62,122 nucleotides of DNA from Candidatus Tayloriibacteriota bacterium. Lineage in GTDB: Bacteria > Patescibacteriota > Minisyncoccia > Phycocordibacterales > PALSA-1337. The stretch's first letter is position 1, and each line of letters starts with the position of its first letter. Under the pieces are notes generated by a model. The model was not told where the DNA came from, did no database searches, and saw only the letters and a program-made list of their open reading frames with translations. Below, piece by piece: positions 9,500 through 18,460 of this stretch. The position numbers and the translations under genes were made by a program. Location: NCBI GenBank assembly GCA_943354385.1, contig CALRBR010000004.1, positions 1 to 62,122 of the forward strand, read 5' to 3'.

Positions 9500-9805
9500 C
9501 TATAAACTGAGAGAGGGTGCGCGTGTTGGCTGACTAACAAAAAATAAAAGTTCTTGAAATGGAGAGACTACTCTGTCGACAAATGAGACGACTGTAGAGA
9601 TGGCGACAGGCTGTTTCTTTGGAAGAGGCAGGCTGACTGTGACAGGCTTCTCAAAATCACTCTGAGGGAGTGCTTCCACAGAGACAAGTCGTGCCTTAAA
9701 AGTACCCTGGAACTCAGCCACGATAAATGTAGCCAAAACATATTCACCAGTCGGTGACTGGATGATTTTTCTCAGTATTTTTGACTTGGGCTGAGTGACT
9801 AGCAT
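9500..9805 (-). CDS. hypothetical protein between grpE and dnaK
   Basis: 101-aa ORF with an ATG start, 39 nt downstream of the grpE stop on the same strand. No recognisable motif. Confidence 0.35.
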   Translation of the reverse strand: MLVTQPKSKILRKIIQSPTGEYVLATFIVAEFQGTFKARLVSVEALPQSDFEKPVTVSLPLPKKQPVAISTVVSFVDRVVSPFQELLFFVSQPTRAPSLSL

Positions 9806-9844
9806 ATGTGTATTATATCATCTATTTACCACCAAAGCAATATT

Positions 9845-10459
9845 TTAGGATTTCTTAAACTCCCCTACTTTTACCTTTGGAGCTTTTATCACCTTATTAT
9901 TGAGGCTGTATCCCTTTCCGATCACTTCTGTAATAATGTGATCTTTTTTCTCATCAGTAACAGATACAAATTCTACTGCTTCATGTACTACTGGATCAAA
10001 CTTTTCCCCGAGAGGGTTTAGCTGTTTTAAATTATGATTGACTAGCGCACCCACGAGCTGTGAGTAAATATACTCCACACCGACGCGCCAATTTTTATCT
10101 ACTTTCTCCCAAGACTCTTTATTGCCAAATGCCATATCAAAACTATCGAGAGCGGGAATGATTTCACTTATCAAACCCTCCTTGGCAAATTTAACAAACT
10201 CTTGATTGCGCATTTCGTCCTGCTTGCGCATATTGATAAAATCCGCCTTGGCTCGAGCAAGGTCGGTCATTGCCTGGAGTTTTTCTGCCTCAGCCTTTTT
10301 GAGCTTTTCCCTGAGATCTTTGAGCTTGGCCTGAGCACCTTTTTCATTGCCCTCGTCATCGGTGTCTACCATATCGTCCGCGACGATTTCTGACTCGGTA
10401 TCTGCAGTAGTTTCTTCAGCGATAATGTCGTCATTTTTAGTAGTGTCTTTGTTGTCCAT
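9845..10459 (-). CDS. grpE: nucleotide exchange factor GrpE
   Basis: 204 aa with an acidic N-terminus, a coiled-coil, and a C-terminal GrpE beta domain (...NPLGEKFDPVVHEAVEFV...GYSLNNKVIKAPKVKV). Confidence 0.9.
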   Translation of the reverse strand: MDNKDTTKNDDIIAEETTADTESEIVADDMVDTDDEGNEKGAQAKLKDLREKLKKAEAEKLQAMTDLARAKADFINMRKQDEMRNQEFVKFAKEGLISEIIPALDSFDMAFGNKESWEKVDKNWRVGVEYIYSQLVGALVNHNLKQLNPLGEKFDPVVHEAVEFVSVTDEKKDHIITEVIGKGYSLNNKVIKAPKVKVGEFKKS

Positions 10460-10480
10460 AGGGCTATAGTATATAGTTTT

Positions 10481-11473
10481 TTATATAGAGTGCAATAGGT
10501 GTTTATTTTTAATAAGATACTCCTGGATATTTCGCACTATCTCTGGCTTATTTTTCTTGTGTTGATAAGGTAACTTCATACAAGCATTCACAAACACTGA
10601 AGCATGCAGAGCTCTCTCATCACACGATTCATCCCCAAAATAAGCTTCTACCAGCTCTTTCGGAAACAAACCATACTTAAGCTGGTTTACAATAGTTTTC
10701 CCAAGATCCAAATATCCATGATTAAATTTCGGGTTAGGATCAAAAACCGTGATCGGGGCGGTCGCAAAGATATTTAAAGCTCCAAAATCATCATGGCAAT
10801 AGCTACTCTTTTTATTCTTACTTACAAAATCTTTTAATACCCCACAAGCTACGTCAAAAGAGCCGTGAGCATCAGAAATAAGACCGTTTCCGATCACATA
10901 ATCAATCTTTTTCTGCATATCTGGACTTGAAAGCCATTCTTCAAACGATTGGAACTCTGCTTCTCCACCCACTACCCGTCCATAGCCATGAGCTTCGGGC
11001 TCGTGCATACGACGCAGTGTTTTCCCCATTTCAAGGTAGATTCCTTGGTCAATCTTTTCCTCGTGAGTATACACATCATCAAGCACCTGCGCATCCACAA
11101 ATGTATAGAGGATATAGGAGTGTCCGTTTAATTTACCAGCTTCGATCACATCAGGTACCTTCACACCCGCCTCAGCCCAAGTCTTTAGGAACAAATCCTC
11201 ACCTTCTGCAAAGGCTAAGCTTAGGGGAATTTTTAGAACCAGCTTCTCATCCGATGTCTCTAATATAGAGACCAGCGAACTAACACCTTTCTCAGAAAAA
11301 GTTATACGGACTTCTTTATCGACAAATCTTTCATGTGTAGAAACGAAATCCTTAATATGAGGAACGAGTGCGATTCGCCTTTCATTAAAATCTTTTTGCA
11401 CTTCGTATTCTGATAGTTTTGGCTCATTAGCAAAAGATATTCTACTGCTAGGATTTTCTAGTTGAGGTTCCAT
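10481..11473 (-). CDS. aminoglycoside/choline-kinase-like phosphotransferase (APH family fold)
   Basis: Catalytic-loop-like HDDFGALNIF and a downstream DPNP...GYLDLG. I prefer the ATG at 11471-11473 (MEPQLEN...) over the track start at 11518, because the upstream extension covers the rpsI terminator. Confidence 0.6.
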   Translation of the reverse strand: MEPQLENPSSRISFANEPKLSEYEVQKDFNERRIALVPHIKDFVSTHERFVDKEVRITFSEKGVSSLVSILETSDEKLVLKIPLSLAFAEGEDLFLKTWAEAGVKVPDVIEAGKLNGHSYILYTFVDAQVLDDVYTHEEKIDQGIYLEMGKTLRRMHEPEAHGYGRVVGGEAEFQSFEEWLSSPDMQKKIDYVIGNGLISDAHGSFDVACGVLKDFVSKNKKSSYCHDDFGALNIFATAPITVFDPNPKFNHGYLDLGKTIVNQLKYGLFPKELVEAYFGDESCDERALHASVFVNACMKLPYQHKKNKPEIVRNIQEYLIKNKHLLHSI

Positions 11474-11479
11474 TAACAG

Positions 11480-11509
11480 ATTATACCACGTTAACCAAAA
11501 CGACAAAAA
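11480..11509 (-). promoter_or_regulatory. extended -10 promoter giving a leaderless mRNA for the kinase-like/grpE operon
   Basis: Minus strand reads ...TGGTATAAT ctgtta ATG. The -10 is at 11480-11485 and the TG at 11487-11488. Only 6 nt separate the -10 from the ATG. Confidence 0.5.
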
Positions 11510-11539
11510 AACAACCACCTTCGGGGTGGTTGTTTTTTT
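11504..11539 (-). terminator. intrinsic terminator after rpsI (symmetrical A-run/T-run)
   Basis: aaaaaaacaaccacc-ttcgg-ggtggttgttttttt. A 9-bp GC-rich stem flanked by A7 and T7, starting 4 nt after the rpsI stop. Confidence 0.8.
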
Positions 11540-11542
11540 GTC

Positions 11543-11977
11543 TTATCGCTTGCTCCACTGTGGAGACTTTCTCGCCTTCTTCAGGCCGAACTTTCGGCGC
11601 TCTTTGGCTCGTGGGTCTCGTTTGAGGAAACCTTCTTTCTTGAGATTCTTTCGAAGCTCTGCATCATACACTAGAAGTGCTCGAGCAATACCGTGTCGTA
11701 GTGCCTCTGCCTGAGAGTGAATACCTCCACCAGACATCATGGCTGAAACCTTAAACTTTGCAGAAATCTTTGCCTTAGTAAAAGCATCGTTGGCAATAAG
11801 CTGAAGTTCTGCAGTCGGGAAATATGTTGGAAGATCTTTTTCGTTAATTACAAAAGATGTCTTTGCACTAGGATAAATGCGCACTGACGCTGTCGAAGTC
11901 TTGCGTCGACCAATACCCTGAAAATACTTTGTACTATCTACAGTTACCCCTTCTTTTTTTACCGTATCTTTAATCAT
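11543..11977 (-). CDS. rpsI: 30S ribosomal protein S9
   Basis: GGGIHSQAEALRHGIARAL motif and a basic C-terminus ending ...SKR. Confidence 0.95.
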   Translation of the reverse strand: MIKDTVKKEGVTVDSTKYFQGIGRRKTSTASVRIYPSAKTSFVINEKDLPTYFPTAELQLIANDAFTKAKISAKFKVSAMMSGGGIHSQAEALRHGIARALLVYDAELRKNLKKEGFLKRDPRAKERRKFGLKKARKSPQWSKR

Positions 11978-11982
11978 ATATA

Positions 11983-12330
11983 TTATTCGGTAATTACTAA
12001 ATTTTTCATCATAATCGTCTTCAATTTGTTTGAAGGAAGCATACCGTACACTGCATTTCGGAAAACCTCTGAATAGCCCTTACTATCAATCATCTTTTCA
12101 AGTGACTGAGTGATAATACCGCCCGGGTATCCACTGTAAGAGACATATTCCTTCTCAACACGCTTCTTTTCGTGAATGTCTGCCTTTGAAGTATTGGTAA
12201 TAGTAACGGTTACTTTTGGAGCAGCATTTCTCTCAAAATCTGTGCGATTTTTGCCCATAAGCAAGGTCGCAGCCTCACTTGCTACTCGTCCAATCTTTTT
12301 ATTTGTTGCGTCAATAGTATATGTGTTCAT
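11983..12330 (-). CDS. rplM: 50S ribosomal protein L13 (short form)
   Basis: MNTYTIDATNKKIGRVASEAATLLMGK... I use the ATG at 12328-12330, which avoids overlap with rplQ. The track start is 12348. Confidence 0.9.
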   Translation of the reverse strand: MNTYTIDATNKKIGRVASEAATLLMGKNRTDFERNAAPKVTVTITNTSKADIHEKKRVEKEYVSYSGYPGGIITQSLEKMIDSKGYSEVFRNAVYGMLPSNKLKTIMMKNLVITE

Positions 12331-12334
12331 GTGT

Positions 12335-12682
12335 TTATACAAATTCAATCATAGCCATCGGACTTGCATCGCTAGTTCGGCTACCGAGCTTTATGACTCG
12401 GGTAAAGCCTCCCTTTCGATCCTTATACTTTGGAGCAATGACCTCGATCATCTCCTTTACCGCGCCTTCACCTACTCGACTTGCAATAAGTCGTCGTGCG
12501 GCGAGGGTTCCAGCCTTGCTCTTAGTAACAAGCTTTTCGATAAATGGTCGAAGTTCCTTTGCCTTTGCCTCTGTGGTTTTGATTTTATTATTCAAGACAA
12601 GAGAAAGGGCGAGCGACTTGATCAAAGCACTTCGCTGGTTTGTTTCTCGGCCGAATTTTCTGGTTTTTCGATGGTGATTCAT
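12335..12682 (-). CDS. rplQ: 50S ribosomal protein L17
   Basis: MNHHRKTRKFGRETNQRSALIKSLALSLV...TTEAKAKELRPFIEKLVT. Confidence 0.95.
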   Translation of the reverse strand: MNHHRKTRKFGRETNQRSALIKSLALSLVLNNKIKTTEAKAKELRPFIEKLVTKSKAGTLAARRLIASRVGEGAVKEMIEVIAPKYKDRKGGFTRVIKLGSRTSDASPMAMIEFV

Positions 12683-12697
12683 GGGAAATAAGTAAGT

Positions 12698-13672
12698 TTA
12701 CTTGAGTGTCATGCCAAAGTTTGAAAGAGCCTTCTTGATCTCCTGAATACCCTTGCTTCCAATACCCTCGATATCGAGAATATCAGCCTCCTTCTTTCGA
12801 ACAAGACCTCCTACGGTTCGAATGTTTGCAGCAGCAAGAGCTTTTGCAGTACGTGGGGTTAAACCAATAGAATCTGTACGAGTTTTCAAAAATTCTACAT
12901 CAAAATCTTTCTTTGAGCCTTTTTCTTCAGACTTTTCAGTAGATGTCTCAATCTTCTTTTTTGGCTCTTCGACTTCCTCTTCTTTAAAGCCGACGATCGC
13001 CTTTAGCTGACCAATCATAATGATAATAGATTTTTCTAGTGCTTCGTGTGGAGTCACTGTACCGTCAGTCTCAATCAAAAGCTTGAGGCGGTTGAAATCA
13101 GTTCTGTCTCCTACTCGCATATTTTCTACCTCGTAATTCACTCGTCGAATAGGGGTAAAGATAGCATCAAGAGTTATTGTTCCAATATCTACTCGTTCTT
13201 TCTGGAGAACTTCTTTTGAAACATAGCCGAGGCCCTTTTCCACAGTAAGCTCGATATTGAGCTCTGTACCCTTGTCAGTGACCTTTGTAATAGCTAGTTC
13301 TGGGTTTAGAATCTCAACCTGACCTGGGTGCTTGATATCACCTGCTGTAACATCTTTGACACCCTTAACTTTTAGTGTGAGTACCTGCGGCTCATCTGTA
13401 AGCATTTTGATACGAACTCGTTTAAGATTGAGTAGGATAGTGATCACATCGTCCTTTACACCGTCAAGTGCAGAAAACTCATGACTTACGCCGTCGATCT
13501 TAACTTTTGTGATAGATGCACCGGGCAATGAAGACAAAATAATGCGTCGGAGAGAGTTGCCCAACGTATGTCCATAACCAGGATATAGGCCGTCAATTTC
13601 GTATACGCCAGTAAAACCCTCCTCTCGTACGATTCGTGGTTTTGAAGGCAATAGAACGTTAAGATCAGACAT
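12698..13672 (-). CDS. rpoA: DNA-directed RNA polymerase subunit alpha
   Basis: 324 aa. N-terminal domain GYGHTLGNSLRRILLSSLPGA-like, and a C-terminal HhH domain (LTPRTAKALAAANIRTVGGL). Confidence 0.95.
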   Translation of the reverse strand: MSDLNVLLPSKPRIVREEGFTGVYEIDGLYPGYGHTLGNSLRRIILSSLPGASITKVKIDGVSHEFSALDGVKDDVITILLNLKRVRIKMLTDEPQVLTLKVKGVKDVTAGDIKHPGQVEILNPELAITKVTDKGTELNIELTVEKGLGYVSKEVLQKERVDIGTITLDAIFTPIRRVNYEVENMRVGDRTDFNRLKLLIETDGTVTPHEALEKSIIIMIGQLKAIVGFKEEEVEEPKKKIETSTEKSEEKGSKKDFDVEFLKTRTDSIGLTPRTAKALAAANIRTVGGLVRKKEADILDIEGIGSKGIQEIKKALSNFGMTLK

Positions 13673-13726
13673 GATTGATTGCGTATTAAAAAATAATTAA
13701 TCTACATTAACAAGGAGTACATTATA

Positions 13727-13755
13727 CATCATTTGCAAAATTTTTGCAAATGATG
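13727..13755 (-). promoter_or_regulatory. perfect 29-nt palindrome between rpsD and rpoA (possible attenuator or processing hairpin)
   Basis: catcatttgcaaaa-t-ttttgcaaatgatg, lying between the rpsD stop (13764) and the rpoA start (13672). Confidence 0.4.
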
Positions 13756-13763
13756 TCTACAGA

Positions 13764-14375
13764 CTACCTGCTATAGAACTCAAACACCGAAGCCACATCA
13801 AACATCACATCCGTCTGAGTAAGCTTTGGAGCCCCGACAATCTCCCACTCGTGCTTGGTGAGATCGGCTTTGATCCACGCTGGAGTTGTGGTGGTCGCTA
13901 GGCGTTCATTGAGTTTTGCAAAGATAGGCTTTGCTTTACTTCCGTTTCGAATAGTGATCTTGTCACCCAGAGACACAGTGTATGAAGGGATAGTGATTTT
14001 GGTACCATTTACCAAAAGATGACCGTGAGATACCATCTGTCGTCCAAAAATACGAGTATTTGCAAGACCGAGGCGGAATGCGACGTTGTCGAGTCGAGAT
14101 TCGAGAGCTCTGAGCAATAGATCAGTAGAGTTTCCTTTTGTGGCGATGGCCTTCTTTACGTAATTTGAAAATTGTCGTTCATTGACTCCATAGACCATAC
14201 GAGCCTTTTGCTTTTCATTGAGACGGTTACCAAAATCACTTTTTGCCTTTGGCTTCTTTGATGACTTAGATAATTTGCGATTTGACTCTCGTAGCACAAA
14301 TTTCTGTGTCTGTGTTTTTTCAAACACTGGGGCACCGAGTCGTCTTGCTATTTTGTATTTTGGTCCGTGAATCAT
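13764..14375 (-). CDS. rpsD: 30S ribosomal protein S4
   Basis: 203 aa. Starts MIHGPKYKIARRLG and carries an S4 RNA-binding domain (RLDNVAFRLGLANTRIFGRQMVSHGHLLVNG). Confidence 0.95.
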   Translation of the reverse strand: MIHGPKYKIARRLGAPVFEKTQTQKFVLRESNRKLSKSSKKPKAKSDFGNRLNEKQKARMVYGVNERQFSNYVKKAIATKGNSTDLLLRALESRLDNVAFRLGLANTRIFGRQMVSHGHLLVNGTKITIPSYTVSLGDKITIRNGSKAKPIFAKLNERLATTTTPAWIKADLTKHEWEIVGAPKLTQTDVMFDVASVFEFYSR

Positions 14376-14387
14376 AAAAATAAATTA

Positions 14388-14834
14388 TTATACTCGTCGT
14401 GGCTTCTTTGGTTTTGGACCGTTGAAAGGCACTGGTGTCTCATCCTTTATAGATGAGATTGTAATACCTTTTGAAATAAAACCTCGGATCGAAGATTCTC
14501 GACCAGATCCAACACCTTTGACAACCACTGCCACTTCTTTTACTCCCATAGCCTGAGCTTTGATAGCGAGAGTTTCTCCTATTTTAGCAGCAGCGAAAGG
14601 AGTACCCTTTTTAGCACCCTTAAAGCCCAGAGAGCCACTTGATGACCAGCAAAGAGCATTACCCTTTACGTCAGCGAGAAGGAGTTTGGTGTTGTTGTAG
14701 GTCGACTGCACAAAAAGAATGCCTGATTCGACACGCTTTTTAGAAGTCACGACTGGAGCCACCACTGCAACTGGTGCGGTGTCTTTTGCTTTTACCTCTT
14801 CTTTTTTAAGAATTTTTTTCTTTTCCATACTCAT
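14388..14834 (-). CDS. rpsK: 30S ribosomal protein S11
   Basis: GILFVQSTYNNTKLLLADVKGNALCWSSSGSLGFKGAKKGTPFAA... with an N-terminal Lys-rich extension. Confidence 0.93.
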   Translation of the reverse strand: MSMEKKKILKKEEVKAKDTAPVAVVAPVVTSKKRVESGILFVQSTYNNTKLLLADVKGNALCWSSSGSLGFKGAKKGTPFAAAKIGETLAIKAQAMGVKEVAVVVKGVGSGRESSIRGFISKGITISSIKDETPVPFNGPKPKKPRRV

Positions 14835-14837
14835 GTG

Positions 14838-15218
14838 TTACTTCTTATCCTCCTTCTTTCGTCCGCTACCCATTGTCTTTCGTAGATTACCGCGGAGTGT
14901 TCGAGAATTTGTTTTTGTGCGCTGACCTCGAGACGGAAGTTTCTTTGCGTGACGGGACCCCCTGTATGATTTGATGTCTTTTAGGCGCTTAATGTTACCG
15001 CCGATGTCTCGCTTGAGGTCACCTTCAATTTTAAAACCTTCAATTACCTTTCGAATCTCATTTTCCTGATCTACGGTGAGATCTTTTGACTTCATTCCGT
15101 AATCAATCTTTACCTTATCTAAAATAGACTGTGCTCGAGCACGACCCACGCCATAAAGTGCTGTGAGTCCGATCTCGAGTCGTTTATTGTCTGGAATTGT
15201 AATACCGAGTATGCGCAT
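14838..15218 (-). CDS. rpsM: 30S ribosomal protein S13
   Basis: MRILGITIPDNKRLEIGLTALYGVGRARA... Confidence 0.95.
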   Translation of the reverse strand: MRILGITIPDNKRLEIGLTALYGVGRARAQSILDKVKIDYGMKSKDLTVDQENEIRKVIEGFKIEGDLKRDIGGNIKRLKDIKSYRGSRHAKKLPSRGQRTKTNSRTLRGNLRKTMGSGRKKEDKK

Positions 15219-15230
15219 GATTATATAAAA

Positions 15231-15347
15231 TTAGCCTTGTCGCTGTTTATGTCGAGGGTTACCTTTGCAAACAACATACACATATCCTTTTCTTCGGACG
15301 GTGGAACATTTCGGACAAAGTTTTTTAACTGATGTTTTAACTTTCAT
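15231..15347 (-). CDS. rpmJ: 50S ribosomal protein L36
   Basis: Too short for the ORF track. My translation is [38 protein letters not shown] (38 aa, with the C-x2-C...C...H zinc ribbon). Confidence 0.9.
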   Translation of the reverse strand: MKVKTSVKKLCPKCSTVRRKGYVYVVCKGNPRHKQRQG

Positions 15348-15377
15348 TTTTAATGTATCTACTACTATGTGTTAAAA

Positions 15378-15602
15378 TTAGAGTCTCTTCGTGATACGAG
15401 CTCGTCCACCGTATGGGTCAAGGTCAAGAGTTACTTTGTCTCCGATAAGAACTCGAATGCGATGCATTCGCATCTTACCGGCAAGATATGCCAGTACTGG
15501 TGCGTCCTGTCCCTCAATTTGTACCTTAAACAAGGTGTCAGGTAGGGCCTCGGTGACTACGCCATAAGCACTCATTATCTTTTTTTCCTTTATATCCATC
15601 AA
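15378..15602 (-). CDS. infA: translation initiation factor IF-1
   Basis: ...GVVTEALPDTLFKVQIEGQDAPVLAYLAGKMRMHRIRVLIGDKVTLDLDPYGGRARITKRL (S1-like OB fold). The exact start is uncertain. Confidence 0.9.
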   Translation of the reverse strand: MMDIKEKKIMSAYGVVTEALPDTLFKVQIEGQDAPVLAYLAGKMRMHRIRVLIGDKVTLDLDPYGGRARITKRL

Positions 15603-15761
15603 ATTAAAACGTGCCTGACTAGTCTAGCAAAGGACCTCCATTTAGTCAATAGCGTCGCATCAAAGGCCTAAAAGTGTACGGATAAATTTCTACTGAAATT
15701 TTCCTCAGGTCTCGGCTACCCGCCTTGGGAATATCTTTTAGACCTTTATTGCTCCGCGACA

Positions 15762-15789
15762 CAGGGAATTTTCTACTGAAAATTCCCTG
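15762..15789. repeat. CTACTG-hexaloop hairpin, copy 1
   Basis: cagggaatttt-CTACTG-aaaattccctg. It lies 16 nt beyond the stop of the 458-aa gene. A weaker AT-only copy (aaattt-ctactg-aaattt) is at 15684-15701. Confidence 0.6.
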
Positions 15790-15804
15790 GTGTTATAATA
15801 TCAA

Positions 15805-17181
15805 TTAGAAAGAGGCTTTTTCAACAACCCTAATTTTTTCTGACGAATCCGGAAAAGCAAATAACCAGAAAGGTTTAACTACTGCACTTCCCTCCTGAAC
15901 TTCCTTATGAGTAGCCATGATAGACTCAAATTCTCTCCCTGGTTTTCCCACAAGGTCTCTGGCTATCTTCTCGGGAAATATTTTTGCGATCAGTGTGGTC
16001 GTCCCATTTAAAATAAAAGTAAATTGATTTGTACTAGAAGTAATTGTTTCTTTTTTATTTTTCAAAGTAAATTGGAGTGTGTCGAGTCCTTGGCTGTTTA
16101 CTGGGGTACTCACAAGTAACTTGCTGGTACTACTTGCAATAGCGTGCGCCAATAGCTCCTTCCTGAACAAAACACCATTAAAGGTTACTCTTTCAACGAT
16201 ACTTACTGTCTCGGTATCTTTTGAAACAATCGGGAGTGATTCGAATATGAAAAGTAAAGGGTCATGATACAGAACAAAATCTGCGGGCTTTTGCCCGAAG
16301 GCTTCTTTGATAACTTGTTCTTTTAGGTCCGTCCTGATCCTGGCTCTCGCAGATTGAGCAACACTATCGGCTACAGCGAAAGTTGCAGTGACCATTCCTC
16401 CAATAATGTCAGTTTTTTGTCTTCCATAAAAAGTCTCATACTGTGGATCACTCTTAAAAGAAACTACCCTGAAATCCCCGACCAAATCACTTAAAACCAT
16501 ATTGTATTCAATACCTGGTTTCTCTCCATAGACACGCGCCTGCACACTACCGGGTATATATTTGCCATTTATTTTTTTACGACCAGGAATAGTGACGGTG
16601 CTCTGCAATTTATAAACTTTGCCGTTACCAGCGATAAGTCTAGTGTCCGCAATAAACTTTCGTGGGTATACATTAAAATTATTATATAGAATAATATTTC
16701 CTATGGCTCTTTTTTCTATTTTTTTACCCGGTATGCCGGGAACCACTTCCTCACCTTTTTTAGTAATAGTCATTAATGCATACCCAAGATCGCCAGCCAA
16801 AGGGTCCTTCTTGGCAACAAAAGTTGTATTGAGCGAAACTGATTCAGATGATGGAATCACTTCTACTTTCGCGTAAAAAAAGAACAACAACAATGCCACG
16901 AGTAGGAAAAGAATAGAGACTCCGGCTAGAGTCCAGAGAATAACCCTAGGATAATTTGTCTTTCCGTCCCCTACACGCAAAACATCTTCATCTAGAATTC
17001 GAGTATTTTTTTGGGTGTTACGCGCAACACCTAACCCGCTATGGTTTACCCTAGACACCACAGAGGTAGCCTCTGGCATCTTTCTGACAACCCTTTTGAC
17101 AACACTATCACGCTCGATAGCTATGCGACGAATAGATCTGGTCCCTGGTGGCAAAACATCTTGAAGAATCTTTTTAACCAT
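15805..17181 (-). CDS. bitopic membrane protein, unknown function
   Basis: 458 aa with one TM (VILWTLAGVSILFLLVALLLFFFYA) after a roughly 80-aa basic N-terminus. It overlaps the upstream gene by 8 nt. Confidence 0.6.
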   Translation of the reverse strand: MVKKILQDVLPPGTRSIRRIAIERDSVVKRVVRKMPEATSVVSRVNHSGLGVARNTQKNTRILDEDVLRVGDGKTNYPRVILWTLAGVSILFLLVALLLFFFYAKVEVIPSSESVSLNTTFVAKKDPLAGDLGYALMTITKKGEEVVPGIPGKKIEKRAIGNIILYNNFNVYPRKFIADTRLIAGNGKVYKLQSTVTIPGRKKINGKYIPGSVQARVYGEKPGIEYNMVLSDLVGDFRVVSFKSDPQYETFYGRQKTDIIGGMVTATFAVADSVAQSARARIRTDLKEQVIKEAFGQKPADFVLYHDPLLFIFESLPIVSKDTETVSIVERVTFNGVLFRKELLAHAIASSTSKLLVSTPVNSQGLDTLQFTLKNKKETITSSTNQFTFILNGTTTLIAKIFPEKIARDLVGKPGREFESIMATHKEVQEGSAVVKPFWLFAFPDSSEKIRVVEKASF

Positions 17182-18403
17182 TGTCTTGATGAGAAATAAT
17201 TGTACCCAGCCCTATTGCCTGGAGTAGTAACGGCGCGTCTGATACTAATTTACGACCTACTCTGCAATACTTGGTGAGGGTAGCATCATCTAGGGTAATA
17301 ATATTTGGTTCCGAAGACAAAACAATCACCCCACCAAGAGGACTCATCCTTAGTACGTTTGCAAACAAGACTTCTAGATCGGTGTCAGTAATTATAAAAA
17401 ATGTTTGTGGCAAAGCTATCTTTTCAGGAAGCATTGAATACGCCAATTTAAACGCGGTAAGCCACTCTTTTTGAATGATTTCCACTATTGGTTGAATCTT
17501 TGTATTTGTGACATCATCATTTTTTCCCAAAACATACATTTTTAAATAAGATTCTACGATAATGGCCGCAAGGTTTAGTATACGAGATGCTTTTCTGACG
17601 AGAGTATGAGTACCAAAAGGGAAAGAAAAAGTATGTACCAATAAACCATTTTTAACTATCAACACATCCGTTAATTCTCCATGAACATCGATAAATATAA
17701 AGTCTTGTTCCGTATGAAAGATATCTCGTAGTGCAGAGTATGCAAGAAGTGAAAATGAATGTGGTGTAACTTTTCTAAAATTAAATGTTTTTTCTACTGC
17801 TGTATTTATTTTCTGCATAATATCAGCCGGTACAAAACTCATACAAAAAGCAGTATCTATTTGGTGTGCTGTCTTTTTGTATGGATTGTAAGTTGGATAA
17901 CCATTGAGTGAGATCTGAACCATTTTTTTTTCGATCATGGTTGCATCATGGTCAAAAGTATTGGCTGAATCACCTTCTTTAACAAGTTTTTCAAATGAAT
18001 GCTGTTCTTGTGCGATGAGACTATCGAGAAATGGTTTTGTGATGATAGTTTCCGTATCTTTTTTAATATTCAGAACTGTCGTCTGAGATAATACCCAAGG
18101 TGAAGAGAATGAATAAAAAATATCGTGAATTCGGTGATGTCTATAGCCTGTAAAATTGAGGTGTACGAGACCCTCGTCTCCAAGATTTTTTGCAACATGT
18201 TCAACAGCCAATGTCATATCTGCTACTAAACGAGCGTGTTCCAGATTTTCCCGAAATGGCGTTGTTTCTCTGTATGAGTAGAGTAGCTCCGGCTGATTTG
18301 TATAAGAAAGTTTGACTAGAGCACCGGCCACACTACCACTGCCGATTTCAAAAACCGCTGAAATAGTTTCGTCCGGCTTTTTTAGAAATGAGAAAAGAGT
18401 CAT
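17174..18403 (-). CDS. hypothetical protein, possibly a degenerate actin-like (ASKHA, FtsA/PilM-type) fold
   Basis: 409 aa. Phosphate-1-like AVFEIGSGSVAGALV and phosphate-2-like FIFIDVHGELTDVLIV...FPFGTHTL. The motif glycines are partly lost, so the assignment is tentative. Confidence 0.4.
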   Translation of the reverse strand: MTLFSFLKKPDETISAVFEIGSGSVAGALVKLSYTNQPELLYSYRETTPFRENLEHARLVADMTLAVEHVAKNLGDEGLVHLNFTGYRHHRIHDIFYSFSSPWVLSQTTVLNIKKDTETIITKPFLDSLIAQEQHSFEKLVKEGDSANTFDHDATMIEKKMVQISLNGYPTYNPYKKTAHQIDTAFCMSFVPADIMQKINTAVEKTFNFRKVTPHSFSLLAYSALRDIFHTEQDFIFIDVHGELTDVLIVKNGLLVHTFSFPFGTHTLVRKASRILNLAAIIVESYLKMYVLGKNDDVTNTKIQPIVEIIQKEWLTAFKLAYSMLPEKIALPQTFFIITDTDLEVLFANVLRMSPLGGVIVLSSEPNIITLDDATLTKYCRVGRKLVSDAPLLLQAIGLGTIISHQDNG

Positions 18404-18460
18404 ACGGGATAATTATACCTCGCAATATCCAACGACGCAATTTATAAAAAGTGGATATAG

